Shown here in pieces: positions 1 through 10,620 of a stretch of 64,000 bases of DNA (position 1 is the stretch's first letter; every line of letters starts with the position of its first letter). The notes beneath the pieces are model-generated. The model worked only from the letters and a program-made list of their open reading frames with translations. It searched no databases and had not been told where the DNA came from. Made by a program: the position numbers and the translations under genes. Source of the stretch: Atribacterota bacterium (GTDB lineage: Bacteria > Atribacterota > Phoenicimicrobiia > Phoenicimicrobiales > Stramentimicrobiaceae); contig JAXGNR010000005.1 in the NCBI GenBank assembly GCA_040767965.1, positions 1-64,000 of the forward strand, given 5' to 3'.

Positions 1-564
1 ACAGAGACCGTAGACTAGATATTTTAAATATGAAAAAATCAAAAAATTCAAAGGATTTAAGCCTCAACATTTAACTTAACATCAATAATCTTAGGTTAGA
101 GGATTTTAGTTTGACAGAAGAAAAGCATGAAGGCCATTTCTTGAAATATAATTTTCACTTAACAAAGAGCACCTCACCACCTGGTATTCATAAAATAGGG
201 AAGGCAAGCATATATTATATAGATGCGAATTTTTTGCAATTCAAATGTAAAAACATTATAATTGAAACAGTTAAACCATATAGAGGGTTATTGATCAATA
301 CAATAGCATAGATAATAAAAGTCACAGCAATATTACACCATACCAATTCTCCATCTTTACCGCATAAACGATACATTTTAGCATCTTTAATGTAGTCTAA
401 TATATTGCCTGAAAAATGAATTTATAATGAATTTATTTTAGGACATGCCTCAAATAAATTTAACAAGAAACCCTAAGTGATCCCAGGATATTTTTTACTT
501 TTTTGCTGGAAATGATTTTACATACATAAGGAGGTAGGGCTATCGAAAAATGAAGCTCTAAGCT

Positions 565-653
565 GAGAAAGGCAAACCACCGTAAAGATGGGACGCAAAG
601 TCAGGGGTCCCGGCTATATTCACTTCCACTCACCAGTGGACTGCCGGACTGCC
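565..653 (+). ncRNA. c-di-GMP-I (GEMM-I) riboswitch
   Basis: GGCAAACC..GTAA..TGGGACGCAAAG..GGGGTCC...GGACTGCCGGACTGCC matches the GEMM-I consensus; lies in the 5' UTR of the lipoprotein gene. Confidence 0.85.
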
Positions 654-801
654 TGCTTTCTGCTCCCGGAAGATGAGAGATGGTCAACAGATAATCCATT
701 TAGAATTATATTCCTATAGAGGGACTATTTTTGTCTGTTGGCTGATAAACAAACAATGGACTAATTTGAGTTATCTTGTTAAAAAAATTAAGGAGGTTAT
801 C

Positions 802-3696
802 ATGTTTACTAAACGTAAACTTTCCCTAATCCTTTTCTTATGCTTAACTAGTATACTTGTCATAACCGGCTGTTCTAAGCCCCAGCAGAGCATTATCCCT
901 ACCCTGGAAGATAACTCTGCATCCGGTGCCCTGAATTACGGGGAAGAAGAAATGCTGGAGGTGGTATCAGCCCAGATCGATTTAGAAGTAGGTGGAGTAA
1001 TAGAAATAACCGATGAGACAAGTGAGATTTATGGTACCCGCTTGGTGATTGATCCAATAGATAAGGAAAGATCGATAAAAGAACTCGGTACAGCAGAAAT
1101 TGCAATAATAATTGATCAGATGGTAACGGCTACAAATAAAATGGTTGATAGCCAGGGTTTTTTAATAACCCCAGTTGGGACTAAAGCGAATATAATTGAT
1201 TTTCTTACTGGAAGATTAGAAATATTCTATAATAGGGATAAATTAAGTAATTCGGGTGTTTCTAAAGATAGTGATGTAAATGTTTACAGAGTTTTATGTA
1301 CAGTAGATCCTACAGCAGCACCTGTACCAGTTCCAGTACCTTTTGTTTCTTGGGAGAAAGTACCTGTCGAAAAGATTACACATGTAGAAAATATGGTCTC
1401 AATTGAAATAGGCATTGGAGATCTATTATATCTCTATGCTCTGACAGTTACTAATTGTATCCCTCCCTCTAATTTGGGTAAACCTTTACCGGGAGATTTG
1501 GTATATCGCTTAAGCAAAAGGGGAGTGAATGATAATTGGTTACCTGGTCATGTCGGGATTTATGTAGGGGAGAAATATCATGAAAAGGAAGGCCTTTATA
1601 ATGTCATTGAAGCAATTGGAATTTCTCCAAATAAAGTTGTAAGGAGTTACTATTCAGATATTACTTCCTTTGGTTCGGGACCACCCACTTATATGGGTGC
1701 TCGAGAACCAATAAATCAATCTTTAACTCATATAACCAGGAATAGAATAGTTGAGTATGTAGAAAAAATGGTTGGCATGCCCTATGCTGTAGTAGAAACT
1801 TTTGGAGTTTATTTCGGATGGGCAAGGGGAGAGAATGTGAAGGGTCCTGGTAGTTACAATTGTGTAGGACTGGCTGAAGCAGCTTATGAATCTGTGGGTA
1901 TTGATATTGTATCTAATAAGGATGAGGGAAATGATTTAGATCCTAATCACCCAGATGCACTTTTAAGCCCCCAGGAGCAGCTCTTCAGTACTGTTCCGGC
2001 TTCCGGTGTCATTGACCAAAATATTGCACCTGAAATTTCTAGTTTAGCAATTACTCCAGAAGGATTTATTGAGACAAATTCTTTAGTATATATTACATGT
2101 AATGCCAGCGACAGTGACCAAGATGAATTAACTTATATTTGGACTATTCCTATATATGGACAGGCTAAAAGTTCTACAAAGGGCAAGATTATAATCTGGT
2201 CTACTCCTGGTCAAGAAGGAATCTATGAAATTTCATGTAAAGTTATTGATAACTATGGAGGAGAAGATAGTCATTCAATAGAAATTTTAGTCGGGGACTC
2301 TATTGCTAATCAAACCCCAGCAATAACTTCCACTCCGGTTATTTCTGCAACAAAAGGTCAAATATATAGTTATGATGTAAATGCCACTGATTCTGATGGA
2401 GATACCTTAACTTATTCCCTAACTTCCAAACCTAGTGGAATGACCATCAATTCTTCTACTGGTCTTATTTCCTGGACTCCTAGCACTATAGGAAACTACA
2501 ATGTTACTGTAGAGGTATCCGATGGTAATCTTTTTGCTACTCAGAATTTTAGTATTGTTGTTTCAGAAGATTCTGGTACAACTACCAAACCAAATCCACC
2601 CACTTCTCTTTCTCCTGGGTCTACTTCTGCCCCAGGACCAATCATCAGTACCCTGACTCCGACCCTTAGTTGGCAATCTGTATCCAATGCCGATTATTAC
2701 AACTTATCTGTCAGCATATATCCTTATGGCTCATCTAACATTATTTTCTATAATCAGCAAGTATATGGGAATTCAATTACCATTCCCAGTGGAAAACTGG
2801 AAGAAGGGCAGAAATACCGTTGGAATATAAGGGCTTATAACAGTGCTGGTTATAGTGATTATTCCTCTGATTATTATTTCCAGACTGAATCTACTCAAGA
2901 AGTAACCCTTACACTCTATCTCTATGAAAACAGCTTAAGTGGTCCACCTCTTTCAGGAGTAAGTGTTGGAGTTGTTGATGGCGGAGGGACTTCATCCAAC
3001 CATATAACAAACAGCAGTGGTTATGTGACAGTAAAAGGTATACCTGGTACATGGTCTTTTTCAGCAATGAAATCAGGGTATGATACTAATAATTGGAGCC
3101 AGCCAATTACAACTAATTGTACAAAATATGGATATTTAGTTAAAAGTGCAACCCCAGTTGGTACTATTGATGTATTTGCTACACTAGATGGTTCACCTTG
3201 GATTGGATCTCTTAGTTATAGTCTTACCGGTCCTTCTCCTTCAAGTGGGAGCACTGTTCCTGCTGTTCTCAACAATAAACCTATCGGGGCATATAGTATT
3301 TCTTATAATTCTGGAGGTCCTTCTAATGCTATAGTTTCTTCTATTACTCCAAGTAGTACTCAAACACTATCAACCGGAAGTATAATAGCATTCACATTTA
3401 ATTTTGTATCACAGGCACCTTCTCTTGGACAAGCCCAGCTTTTGAGTCCTTCAAGTGGTTCTTCATTACCACCAATGAATGTTACATTTATATGGAATTC
3501 CGTGAGTAATGCAACAAAATATCAATTCATTCTTTATAATTCACAAGGACAGGTTGCATTAGACAAAATTTATACCAGTACAAATGCGATAGTTTCCCTT
3601 GGTACTATAGAGACAATTACCTGGAAAGTAAGGGCAGGGGATAATAGTGGTAATTGGGGACCTTGGTCTAGTAAATGGAATTTGACAATACAATAA
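802..3696 (+). CDS. Large lipoprotein: permuted NlpC/P60 (YiiX/YebB-like) papain-fold domain followed by PKD/Ig-like, He_PIG and Fn3-like domains
   Basis: AGGAGG RBS before ATG at 802; lipobox ITGC; His-before-Cys motifs PGDLV..GHVGIY...YNCVGLAE; He_PIG-like PSGMTINSSTGLISWTP. Confidence 0.75.
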   Translation: MFTKRKLSLILFLCLTSILVITGCSKPQQSIIPTLEDNSASGALNYGEEEMLEVVSAQIDLEVGGVIEITDETSEIYGTRLVIDPIDKERSIKELGTAEIAIIIDQMVTATNKMVDSQGFLITPVGTKANIIDFLTGRLEIFYNRDKLSNSGVSKDSDVNVYRVLCTVDPTAAPVPVPVPFVSWEKVPVEKITHVENMVSIEIGIGDLLYLYALTVTNCIPPSNLGKPLPGDLVYRLSKRGVNDNWLPGHVGIYVGEKYHEKEGLYNVIEAIGISPNKVVRSYYSDITSFGSGPPTYMGAREPINQSLTHITRNRIVEYVEKMVGMPYAVVETFGVYFGWARGENVKGPGSYNCVGLAEAAYESVGIDIVSNKDEGNDLDPNHPDALLSPQEQLFSTVPASGVIDQNIAPEISSLAITPEGFIETNSLVYITCNASDSDQDELTYIWTIPIYGQAKSSTKGKIIIWSTPGQEGIYEISCKVIDNYGGEDSHSIEILVGDSIANQTPAITSTPVISATKGQIYSYDVNATDSDGDTLTYSLTSKPSGMTINSSTGLISWTPSTIGNYNVTVEVSDGNLFATQNFSIVVSEDSGTTTKPNPPTSLSPGSTSAPGPIISTLTPTLSWQSVSNADYYNLSVSIYPYGSSNIIFYNQQVYGNSITIPSGKLEEGQKYRWNIRAYNSAGYSDYSSDYYFQTESTQEVTLTLYLYENSLSGPPLSGVSVGVVDGGGTSSNHITNSSGYVTVKGIPGTWSFSAMKSGYDTNNWSQPITTNCTKYGYLVKSATPVGTIDVFATLDGSPWIGSLSYSLTGPSPSSGSTVPAVLNNKPIGAYSISYNSGGPSNAIVSSITPSSTQTLSTGSIIAFTFNFVSQAPSLGQAQLLSPSSGSSLPPMNVTFIWNSVSNATKYQFILYNSQGQVALDKIYTSTNAIVSLGTIETITWKVRAGDNSGNWGPWSSKWNLTIQ

Positions 3697-3955
3697 AGTC
3701 ATTATAAATATATAAAAAAATAATTTATTGCCTTAGAAGAAGTCTCAAATATTTAACATTTTAAAGTATATAATAATTAGTATTTTTTAGTATGTCCTTT
3801 GTGATTATCTTTTTATTTATTAAGGGGGTTGATATAGGATGATTTAAAAAATAGATAATTAAATCATTAAATGAAAATAACTGTTGATTTTAAAAAAGAA
3901 TAAATGTTTGTTTAATAAAATATTAGAGAGCTAAATAAAAATGGAGGTAAATTTT

Positions 3956-5353
3956 ATGAAAACATTGAAAAAAAGTAAATTGGTTGGAATTAGCATTTGG
4001 TTTATATTTGTTTTAATTCTACTAATAGTGCCTCTTACATGCTATGCAGAGCAGGAAGATAAAAGCGAAGAAGCTTTTATCAGTCCTGTCAATCTGTATC
4101 CAAAGGTAGAGGAACTTGCCGGAAGGGGTGCCCAGATAGAGCAGAACCGCGACCAGTATTTAAGAGAAAGAGGATGGGAATTAGGCCAATCCTCTTCTAA
4201 TCCAGGAGGTGCTTACATTGGATGGGGAGTAGGAGGAATTAAACTTGAGCCTGATGATGATAAGTATGGCCAGGCTCGAATTGCAGCTTTTTACAGGGCT
4301 CAAGCGGATGCGAAAGGGGATTTTGCAAGATTCCGACAGCAGGAAATTACAACCACAATGACAAGGGAATTTTTCTTTGATGACCTTCCTGAAATTGAGA
4401 TCGAGACAGGTAAAATTGCTTCTTTGCAGGAACGTATTTCAATTCTTGCGGAAAAAGCTTTCGATCTTGGAGAAGCTTATCTTAACCGACTGCTATTAGA
4501 GGTAAACGTTGACTCGGAAAAGTACCTTGGGACTGATAGAATCGAAAGAGAAAAAATTCTTAATGATGCAATAAGTCAAATAGTTACAAATAGAGCAATG
4601 ACTTCTCTATCAGGAGTCCGAATCATCGCTAACTTTGAAGATCTTGACTCAGTAGGAGTGCTTATAATTTATAATGAACAGTCAGAACAACTTGCTCGAC
4701 AGATTGCCCGGGGGGATGTTATAGCAAGGAGACCGTCTGATGTTTTAACCAGAACAATTTTAGAACAACTTGGAGCCTATTTTAAAAATGATGAAGATTA
4801 CATTCCGGTACATGGTGTTCGTATCATGGAGGATGAAACCGGAGAGAAGGTTCTTGTGGCTTTTGGACAATGGGCGCCGGCAATTACAAAAACCACAGGT
4901 TCTACAATTCGTGAAGCCCGTGTTGAGGCTGCCCGCAGACAGGCTCGAAGTAATGCTATTGCTGAATTAACAAATTTTGTTAATAGTACTTTGGTTCTTG
5001 AGAATTTTAGTCAATTTAGGGAAAGTGAGGATATAATCCGTATTACCACAGGTAAGAGAGTGGAAGAGGTGGAATCTTACGAAATTGGTGAGCGTGTAGA
5101 AGAAATTGTGAATCAATACGGGAGAGCAGAACTGGAAGGTATTACAACAATCAAGGAATGGGCTGCAAACGATCCCAAAACAGGTCATGTTATTATTGGG
5201 CATGTTGCAATTTGGAGCCCGTCTACACGGGATGCCGCACAGGGAATTGTAACAACCTCAGAAGAAGAAATACCAGAAGGAGAAATTAAATACGATGAAG
5301 GAGTCAGGGAATCTCCCGCTCTTGACCATTTGGATCCTACCTTACGTCAGTAA
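3956..5353 (+). CDS. Secreted hypothetical protein (LPP20/DUF6844-like, CsgG-associated)
   Basis: GGAGG RBS, signal peptide, two 'AR..A...A...(L/F)..F' helices typical of LPP20-like domains. Confidence 0.5.
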   Translation: MKTLKKSKLVGISIWFIFVLILLIVPLTCYAEQEDKSEEAFISPVNLYPKVEELAGRGAQIEQNRDQYLRERGWELGQSSSNPGGAYIGWGVGGIKLEPDDDKYGQARIAAFYRAQADAKGDFARFRQQEITTTMTREFFFDDLPEIEIETGKIASLQERISILAEKAFDLGEAYLNRLLLEVNVDSEKYLGTDRIEREKILNDAISQIVTNRAMTSLSGVRIIANFEDLDSVGVLIIYNEQSEQLARQIARGDVIARRPSDVLTRTILEQLGAYFKNDEDYIPVHGVRIMEDETGEKVLVAFGQWAPAITKTTGSTIREARVEAARRQARSNAIAELTNFVNSTLVLENFSQFRESEDIIRITTGKRVEEVESYEIGERVEEIVNQYGRAELEGITTIKEWAANDPKTGHVIIGHVAIWSPSTRDAAQGIVTTSEEEIPEGEIKYDEGVRESPALDHLDPTLRQ

Positions 5354-5375
5354 ATATTAACTTTTGGAGGTAGTA

Positions 5376-6581
5376 ATGCGTATTAAAAATATTGTTTTAT
5401 TTTTATTAGTGTTTTTCTTTATTGGAAGTAGTATTGCTTTTGGTTCTATTCAGACAGAGGAAGTTGTGATAACTTCAATCGGAAGAACACAGGGTGAAGC
5501 TGTTGTTAACTGCCTGGTTGAGGCTATTCGGCAGAAACGTGGGGTTGAAATTGATGCCCTAAGTGAGACTCGCTTTGCCCTGGAAGACCTTTTCTACAGG
5601 GAAGGGGAAGAAGAATTTTATAGAGAAGAAATAAAGGATGAAGTGAAAGAAGAAGTTTATATGCATACTAACGGACTAATAGAAAAATATGAAGTCTTAT
5701 CTCGGAACAGATTGAATGATGGAAGTTGGGAGGTAAGAGTACGGGCGTTTGTGCCAGTTTACCGAAAGGTTGAAAGCAATCAAAAGTCAACCTTGGCAGT
5801 GATGCCTGTCATTCCCATTTATGGATTGAAAGACGCAGGTAATATTGATGTCAACGAGATTACCAGGCAAATAACTCAGAGGATAACTACCCAGTTAGTG
5901 CAGACCCGTCACTACAACATTCTTGACCGGGAATATGGCAATGAGTACGAGAAAGAGCGTCAATTGTTAATGACAGGAGGATTTCCCATCATGGAGATGG
6001 CCCGTTTAGAGGAACAATTAGGTACAGATTACCTGCTTATCGGAACCCTGTCAGATATGAATAGCTCTATAACTTCCCGCGAGTGGTATGGTAAAGATGT
6101 CACAAGATGTCAAATTTATTTGAGTATCGATATTCGGGCAGTGGAATTTGCTACCAGGCAAGTGCACAGGGCAGATACCGTAACAGTATCACTTGATCGA
6201 GTTATAGATCTTGGTGAAACAACTGATATACCCAGTGAAATACCTGGCAATTTTATTTCAGAGTTGATTGATGAGGTCATCATCAAATTAAACCGCGGGT
6301 TCCTTGATATCCTAATGCCTGTCCGTGTGCTTGATGTTAAAAATGGCACCGTTTATCTGAACCAGGGCGGAACCCGGATTCAAAAGGGAGAGAGATTTAG
6401 TATATTGGGTGCTCATCGTTCGATAAAAGATCCCGGGAGCGGAGTCCTTATCAGGATTGAAGGAGAGAAGCTGGCAGAGATTATAGTCAAAGATGTGATG
6501 GAGGAGTATTCCGTGGCAGATATTATCTCTGGAGAGGTAGACAAGATAACAGCTGGGTTGCGATGTGACAGGTTGCCATGA
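5376..6581 (+). CDS. CsgG/HfaB family protein with FlgT-like N- and C-terminal domains
   Basis: LVQTRHYNILDR..LGTDYLLIGTLS CsgG-like core; VYLNQGGTRIQKGERF FlgT_C-like; signal peptide. Confidence 0.7.
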   Translation: MRIKNIVLFLLVFFFIGSSIAFGSIQTEEVVITSIGRTQGEAVVNCLVEAIRQKRGVEIDALSETRFALEDLFYREGEEEFYREEIKDEVKEEVYMHTNGLIEKYEVLSRNRLNDGSWEVRVRAFVPVYRKVESNQKSTLAVMPVIPIYGLKDAGNIDVNEITRQITQRITTQLVQTRHYNILDREYGNEYEKERQLLMTGGFPIMEMARLEEQLGTDYLLIGTLSDMNSSITSREWYGKDVTRCQIYLSIDIRAVEFATRQVHRADTVTVSLDRVIDLGETTDIPSEIPGNFISELIDEVIIKLNRGFLDILMPVRVLDVKNGTVYLNQGGTRIQKGERFSILGAHRSIKDPGSGVLIRIEGEKLAEIIVKDVMEEYSVADIISGEVDKITAGLRCDRLP

Positions 6582-6718
6582 CATCTCAATTGCTAAAAAT
6601 TATCCAGACGAGTTGATAAATAAAAGTGCTATTTGTTTAGCTTTAACATGTGAAGTTTTGCTTATTTTTTATTTCTATAGAAAATTTAGTTAATTCATAG
6701 AATAAAATAATTTTACAG

Positions 6719-8285
6719 TAGAAAGGAGCTTTCTATCATGAAGAGATTCTCAATTTTATTAATGATATTAGCTGTATGCCTTTTTAGCGGTAACGCTGCC
6801 TTCTCCCAGGACAACATACTCTCCCAGAAGGTCAGCCAACTGGCTGATAAGTTAGCCTTTGCCGTGGAAGGTGATGTGTTAGGGATAAGCGGAGACACTG
6901 TTTACATCAATCTTGGGCAGGAATCAGGCATAGTGGAGGGCATTCAATTCGGAGTGGTCAGGCTGGACAGAGACCGTCCCTTTAAGATGGGCGATAAAAT
7001 TATCGGTTATCCAGAGACCGCAGTAGGCAAGATAGAGATTACCGCAGTCCGGAAAGAGATGTCTTTAGCTAAAATCACAGAACAGGTGATGGATATCCAG
7101 GAGGGCGACAAGGTCTACCAGCAAATGAAGAAAGTAACCCGGGTTGCCATCACCGAATTTACTTACGGAGATGAATTCAACAGCTTTACCCGCAATGTCC
7201 AGGACATTCTCTATACCAACCTGATCCAAAGGGGCATGACCGTAGTAGAACGGGAAAAGATGGAGCAGGTCATGGAGGAGCTGGCCCAGAGCTTCAGCGG
7301 GATGATTGACACTTCTACTGCAGCTGAAATAGGGAAGATGCTGGGAGTGGAAGCCGTTATCGTTGGTACTGTGGCCGATATGGGTAACTCCGTTGACTTA
7401 AGAGCCCGCTTAGTTGATGTCGAAAAAGGTACCGCCATTACAGCTGCACAAATTGCTGTAACTAAAGATCCGACGATTGGAGGTCTATTAGGAGGTGGGG
7501 TTAGAAGTACTGCATATGAAGCAAGAGATAGTGCTACAGCAAAAGATTCCAAGACTGCCCTTGAAACAAATGCCGAAGGTTTTAATTTCAAATTAGTGGA
7601 TTGGTACAGTAAAGGGAAATACCTTGTTTTTGAATTAATTATTACAAGTGAAAAAGATACTGATCTTAGATTATATGCTTCTGATTATAATTTCAGTCGA
7701 TATACTAGAATGTTTGATAATATTGGTAATAAATTTTATTCAAACGAAGTACAGCTTGGAAATTATATGGGAACTTCTTATGTCGATAACAGGCTTGTTA
7801 CCGAAAAGCCTCTTTTAGCAAGTGTCTCCTTTAAAAATATTTCGCCTCAAGTGAACCTAATAACTTTCCTCGAAATCTTATGTTTTGCTAAAGATAAATA
7901 TTTTATTGTGCAATTTCGGGATATTCCCATCACTGATTGAGCAGTAAAAAATTACTGTTTCATAATAAAAAAAATTAGAAATAATATAATCAATAATTCA
8001 TTGAATCTTTTTGAATTTTTATGAAGTAGCTATAAATAAATTAGTTTCACGTTGTTTTTTAAAAGATAAGGAAATAAAAAATTAGGAGGGTGAAAAAATT
8101 GAAATTATTTTTTGGCATAGCATTTCTAGTTATAGGGATAATACTTTCTTTTACCTTTATAGGCGCCATTTTTGGAATTCCATTAATTATTGTAGGAATA
8201 GTTTTGTTGATTGGCTGGAACAAGCAGAAAACAAAAGAAATGGTAAGAGAAGCAGCCCGTGAACTTGGGAAGGGGTTTCATGAAG
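6719..8285 (+). repeat. Copy 1 of a ~1.57 kb direct duplication (CsgG-like gene + small membrane gene)
   Basis: Same sequence recurs 2208 bp downstream; 6796-7960 appears identical to 9004-10168. Confidence 0.95.
6738..7940 (+). CDS. FlgT_C-like + CsgG/HfaB(FlgO)-like domain protein, copy 1
   Basis: VYINLGQESGI; VVEREKMEQV..AAEIGKMLGVEAVIVGTV..ARLVDVEKG. Confidence 0.7.
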   Translation: MKRFSILLMILAVCLFSGNAAFSQDNILSQKVSQLADKLAFAVEGDVLGISGDTVYINLGQESGIVEGIQFGVVRLDRDRPFKMGDKIIGYPETAVGKIEITAVRKEMSLAKITEQVMDIQEGDKVYQQMKKVTRVAITEFTYGDEFNSFTRNVQDILYTNLIQRGMTVVEREKMEQVMEELAQSFSGMIDTSTAAEIGKMLGVEAVIVGTVADMGNSVDLRARLVDVEKGTAITAAQIAVTKDPTIGGLLGGGVRSTAYEARDSATAKDSKTALETNAEGFNFKLVDWYSKGKYLVFELIITSEKDTDLRLYASDYNFSRYTRMFDNIGNKFYSNEVQLGNYMGTSYVDNRLVTEKPLLASVSFKNISPQVNLITFLEILCFAKDKYFIVQFRDIPITD

Positions 8286-8317
8286 GTACCCAGGAATCAA
8301 CTAAAAAGCCAGAGTAA
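8090..8317 (+). CDS. Small 2-TM membrane protein, copy 1
   Basis: AGGAGG RBS + GTG; LSFTFIGAIFGIPLIIVG hydrophobic hairpin. Confidence 0.7.
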   Translation: MKKLKLFFGIAFLVIGIILSFTFIGAIFGIPLIIVGIVLLIGWNKQKTKEMVREAARELGKGFHEGTQESTKKPE

Positions 8318-8402
8318 ATAAAAAAGTATTCTCTTTCCAATATTTTTATGCAATTTCTTAATTATAAATGATAGATTATATTATATGGAGGAAGCCATTG
8401 TT

Positions 8403-8849
8403 ATGAAAAAGATACATTTTTTTGTAATAACTATTTTAGTACTTGCAGTTTTTCTAAGTGGATGTGCTGGTGGAGTAACACCTTCAAATGACGAAATCAA
8501 GGTAAAAAGTTCCATTAATGGATATTTTTCAGCCTTAAATGATCAGAATTGGAATAAAGCAAAAAGTTATTGTACTTTTGGGTCAGAGCAGTACAACGAA
8601 ACCATTCAGTTGGAAAATACAGTTGAAAATTATTGTTTTTCTTATGATGACTGTCGTGTTGTAATAGCAATCAATCCTACTATCTTAGATACTTGGTTCA
8701 ATGGACCTTACTTTTGTTGTGTATATTGCCACATGAATGATTTTTCCGCCTTTGATGGTGATTATTTAAATAATACCCAATCTTATATTATGTATTATCA
8801 CCTGGAGAAAGTCGGTAATGAGTGGAAGTTGTTTGAGAAACATACCTAA
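8403..8849 (+). CDS. Lipoprotein, NTF2/DUF4878-like
   Basis: GGAGG RBS, lipobox LSGC, YFSALNDQNWNKAKSY ... LEKVGNEWKL pattern. Confidence 0.65.
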   Translation: MKKIHFFVITILVLAVFLSGCAGGVTPSNDEIKVKSSINGYFSALNDQNWNKAKSYCTFGSEQYNETIQLENTVENYCFSYDDCRVVIAINPTILDTWFNGPYFCCVYCHMNDFSAFDGDYLNNTQSYIMYYHLEKVGNEWKLFEKHT

Positions 8850-8926
8850 AATGAGATAGATAAGAATATTATACAGAGAGCCGTCCCCTGTTTGACCCTG
8901 TTTAATTAAATTAATAATATTTTAAA

Positions 8927-10494
8927 TAGAAAGGAGCTTTCTATCATGAGGAAATTCTTGATTTTGTTAATGATATTAGCTATATGTTTTTTTAGTGGCA
9001 GCACTGCCTTCTCCCAGGACAACATACTCTCCCAGAAGGTCAGCCAACTGGCTGATAAGTTAGCCTTTGCCGTGGAAGGTGATGTGTTAGGGATAAGCGG
9101 AGACACTGTTTACATCAATCTTGGGCAGGAATCAGGCATAGTGGAGGGCATTCAATTCGGAGTGGTCAGGCTGGACAGAGACCGTCCCTTTAAGATGGGC
9201 GATAAAATTATCGGTTATCCAGAGACCGCAGTAGGCAAGATAGAGATTACCGCAGTCCGGAAAGAGATGTCTTTAGCTAAAATCACAGAACAGGTGATGG
9301 ATATCCAGGAGGGCGACAAGGTCTACCAGCAAATGAAGAAAGTAACCCGGGTTGCCATCACCGAATTTACTTACGGAGATGAATTCAACAGCTTTACCCG
9401 CAATGTCCAGGACATTCTCTATACCAACCTGATCCAAAGGGGCATGACCGTAGTAGAACGGGAAAAGATGGAGCAGGTCATGGAGGAGCTGGCCCAGAGC
9501 TTCAGCGGGATGATTGACACTTCTACTGCAGCTGAAATAGGGAAGATGCTGGGAGTGGAAGCCGTTATCGTTGGTACTGTGGCCGATATGGGTAACTCCG
9601 TTGACTTAAGAGCCCGCTTAGTTGATGTCGAAAAAGGTACCGCCATTACAGCTGCACAAATTGCTGTAACTAAAGATCCGACGATTGGAGGTCTATTAGG
9701 AGGTGGGGTTAGAAGTACTGCATATGAAGCAAGAGATAGTGCTACAGCAAAAGATTCCAAGACTGCCCTTGAAACAAATGCCGAAGGTTTTAATTTCAAA
9801 TTAGTGGATTGGTACAGTAAAGGGAAATACCTTGTTTTTGAATTAATTATTACAAGTGAAAAAGATACTGATCTTAGATTATATGCTTCTGATTATAATT
9901 TCAGTCGATATACTAGAATGTTTGATAATATTGGTAATAAATTTTATTCAAACGAAGTACAGCTTGGAAATTATATGGGAACTTCTTATGTCGATAACAG
10001 GCTTGTTACCGAAAAGCCTCTTTTAGCAAGTGTCTCCTTTAAAAATATTTCGCCTCAAGTGAACCTAATAACTTTCCTCGAAATCTTATGTTTTGCTAAA
10101 GATAAATATTTTATTGTGCAATTTCGGGATATTCCCATCACTGATTGAGCAGTAAAAAATTACTGTTTAATAATGAAAAATGTTAGAAATAATAGAATCA
10201 ATAATTCATTGAACCTTTTTAGATTTTTATGAAGTAGCTATAAATAAATTAGTTTCACATTGTTTTTTAAAAGATAAGGAAATAAAAAATTAGGAGGGTG
10301 AAAAAATTGAAATTATTTTTTGGCATAGCATTTCTAGTTATAGGGATAATACTTTCTTTTACCTTTATAGGCGCCATTTTTGGAATTCCATTAATTATTG
10401 TAGGAATAGTTTTGTTGATTGGCTGGAACAAGCAGAAAACAAAAGAAATGGCAAGAGAAGTAGCACGTGAGTTTGGAAAAGGATTAAAAGAAAG
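8927..10494 (+). repeat. Copy 2 of the ~1.57 kb direct duplication
   Basis: Matches 6719-8285; begins about 35 bp after a GAGCCGTCCCC repeat. Confidence 0.95.
8946..10148 (+). CDS. FlgT_C-like + CsgG/HfaB-like domain protein, copy 2
   Basis: Mature protein identical to 6738-7940; signal peptide diverged. Confidence 0.7.
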   Translation: MRKFLILLMILAICFFSGSTAFSQDNILSQKVSQLADKLAFAVEGDVLGISGDTVYINLGQESGIVEGIQFGVVRLDRDRPFKMGDKIIGYPETAVGKIEITAVRKEMSLAKITEQVMDIQEGDKVYQQMKKVTRVAITEFTYGDEFNSFTRNVQDILYTNLIQRGMTVVEREKMEQVMEELAQSFSGMIDTSTAAEIGKMLGVEAVIVGTVADMGNSVDLRARLVDVEKGTAITAAQIAVTKDPTIGGLLGGGVRSTAYEARDSATAKDSKTALETNAEGFNFKLVDWYSKGKYLVFELIITSEKDTDLRLYASDYNFSRYTRMFDNIGNKFYSNEVQLGNYMGTSYVDNRLVTEKPLLASVSFKNISPQVNLITFLEILCFAKDKYFIVQFRDIPITD

Positions 10495-10525
10495 TGATCA
10501 AGAGCCAATCAAGAAGGAGGAATAA
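10298..10525 (+). CDS. Small 2-TM membrane protein, copy 2
   Basis: Paralog of 8090-8317 with a different C-terminal tail. Confidence 0.7.
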   Translation: MKKLKLFFGIAFLVIGIILSFTFIGAIFGIPLIIVGIVLLIGWNKQKTKEMAREVAREFGKGLKESDQEPIKKEE

Positions 10526-10620
10526 AGGTAAAGCTAAAACTCTTTTCAGGAAATATTATTTGAAAAATATTAGATAAAAAATAAAAAATATCTATTAGCA
10601 ATTTGGAGGTTTAAATAAAA

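Noticed and set aside
111-447. 66-aa plus-strand ORF and a minus-strand PAS-like remnant (RLCGKDGELVWCNIAV)
   Set aside because: Short, no convincing motif or RBS; too weak to call
673-801. N-terminal extension of the 1007-aa ORF
   Set aside because: RBS and lipoprotein signal indicate a start at 802; the upstream part is the riboswitch leader
7211-7591. Antisense ORFs overlapping long genes (this one and many others in the track)
   Set aside because: Shadow ORFs of well-supported opposite-strand genes
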